Of a stretch of DNA of 32,000 nt, positions 31,760-32,000 are shown one piece after another. Source of the DNA: Candidatus Nanohalobium constans (GTDB lineage Archaea; Nanohalarchaeota; Nanosalinia; Nanosalinales; Nanosalinaceae). The stretch is taken from positions 180,001-212,000 of the forward strand of contig NZ_CP040089.1 in assembly GCF_009617975.1 (NCBI RefSeq). The letters run 5' to 3'. The stretch's first letter is position 1. Each line of letters starts with the position of its first letter. Below the pieces are notes generated by a model. It was not told where the DNA came from. It did not search any database and saw only the letters and a program-made list of their open reading frames with translations. A program made the position numbers and the translations under genes.

Positions 31760-32000
31760 GGCTATAGATATACCTAGTCAAATTTTTGTGGACATAGATT
31801 TCAAATTCGGCTTTCATGTCTCCTAGGTTCGGTTTGTCGTACATAAAGACTGTTTTACCATCAAAGTCTTTGATTAGGTCCAGGAATTTTTCTTCTATTT
31901 CACCTTCTACTTTGGAGGCTTTTCCGTAGGGTAGATCGGTTACTATTGCATCTACATTTCCGAACTTTGACAGTGATTTTTCTGCATCTTTTTGGCTGAT
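31752..32000 (-). CDS. C-terminal part of a SAM-dependent methyltransferase with a D-L-P-Y-G motif IV (Trm11 / Trm-G10-like tRNA guanine-N2 methyltransferase); N-terminus outside the window
   Basis: Hand translation from the window edge gives ISQKDAEKSLSKFGNVDAIVTDLPYGKASKVEGEIEEKFLDLIKDFDGKTVFMYDKPNLGDMKAEFEIYVHKNLTRYIYSLR*. D-x-P-Y-G after a beta strand is the amino-methyltransferase motif IV. It is missing from the ORF track because there is no start in the window. It overlaps the convergent gene by 8 nt. Confidence 0.6.
   Translation of the reverse strand: MSQKDAEKSLSKFGNVDAIVTDLPYGKASKVEGEIEEKFLDLIKDFDGKTVFMYDKPNLGDMKAEFEIYVHKNLTRYIYSLR

Noticed and set aside
1-32000. Search for CRISPR arrays, rRNA or tRNA genes, transposases, integrases and terminal inverted repeats around the TA cassettes
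   Set aside because: No spaced direct repeats, no RNA-gene-like intergenic segments (all gaps are at most 307 nt) and no recombinase-like ORFs were seen. The TA modules therefore cannot be tied to an identifiable mobile element from this window alone.

Overview
This is a compact, almost fully coding chromosomal segment from an archaeon with a strongly acidic (Asp/Glu-rich) proteome and a moderately AT-rich genome (GC not computed). Archaeal markers are aIF6, eS19, eL39, a PDCD5-like DNA-binding protein, aTrm56, an archaeal-type MinD and RNase Z. Together with very short or overlapping gene junctions and many exported glycoprotein-like genes, they fit a halophilic DPANN lineage (Nanohaloarchaeota-like). 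That taxonomic call is inference only.

Content, in order:
1. A 5'-truncated GT2-GtrA glycosyltransferase.
2. Surface locus 1 (906-7247): a membrane-tethered winged-helix protein plus a small acidic partner, head-to-head with a four-gene operon of exported or anchored, sequon-rich proteins with NEW3/CARDB-like Ig domains.
3. A highly acidic low-complexity protein.
4. A MoxR-DUF58-VWA(BatA-like) operon physically split by an AbrB-VapB/PIN-VapC cassette and flanked by a divergent RHH/RelE-ParE pair. MoxR and DUF58 each carry the same 17-nt TATA-containing element upstream.
5. Surface locus 2 (13394-20064): a strongly SD-driven secreted 401-aa protein, divergent from four genes for anchored Ig-like proteins. 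One is a small protein with a TasA/camelysin-like N-terminus. Another is an 894-aa adhesin-like protein whose cytoplasmic tail ends in a perfect classical C2H2 zinc finger.
6. A housekeeping block: minD, ppsA (with an extra C-terminal winged-helix domain), aIF6-eL39-PDCD5-eS19, thrS, a frameshifted or split flippase-like gene, trm56, rnz and a partial Trm11-like methyltransferase.

I saw no rRNA, tRNA, CRISPR array, transposase or integrase. The best candidates for something undescribed are the two surface loci that each pair extracellular Ig-like proteins with a membrane-tethered nucleic-acid-binding-type domain (wHTH in locus 1, C2H2 finger in locus 2). All functional calls come from motif recognition by eye; no searches were run.
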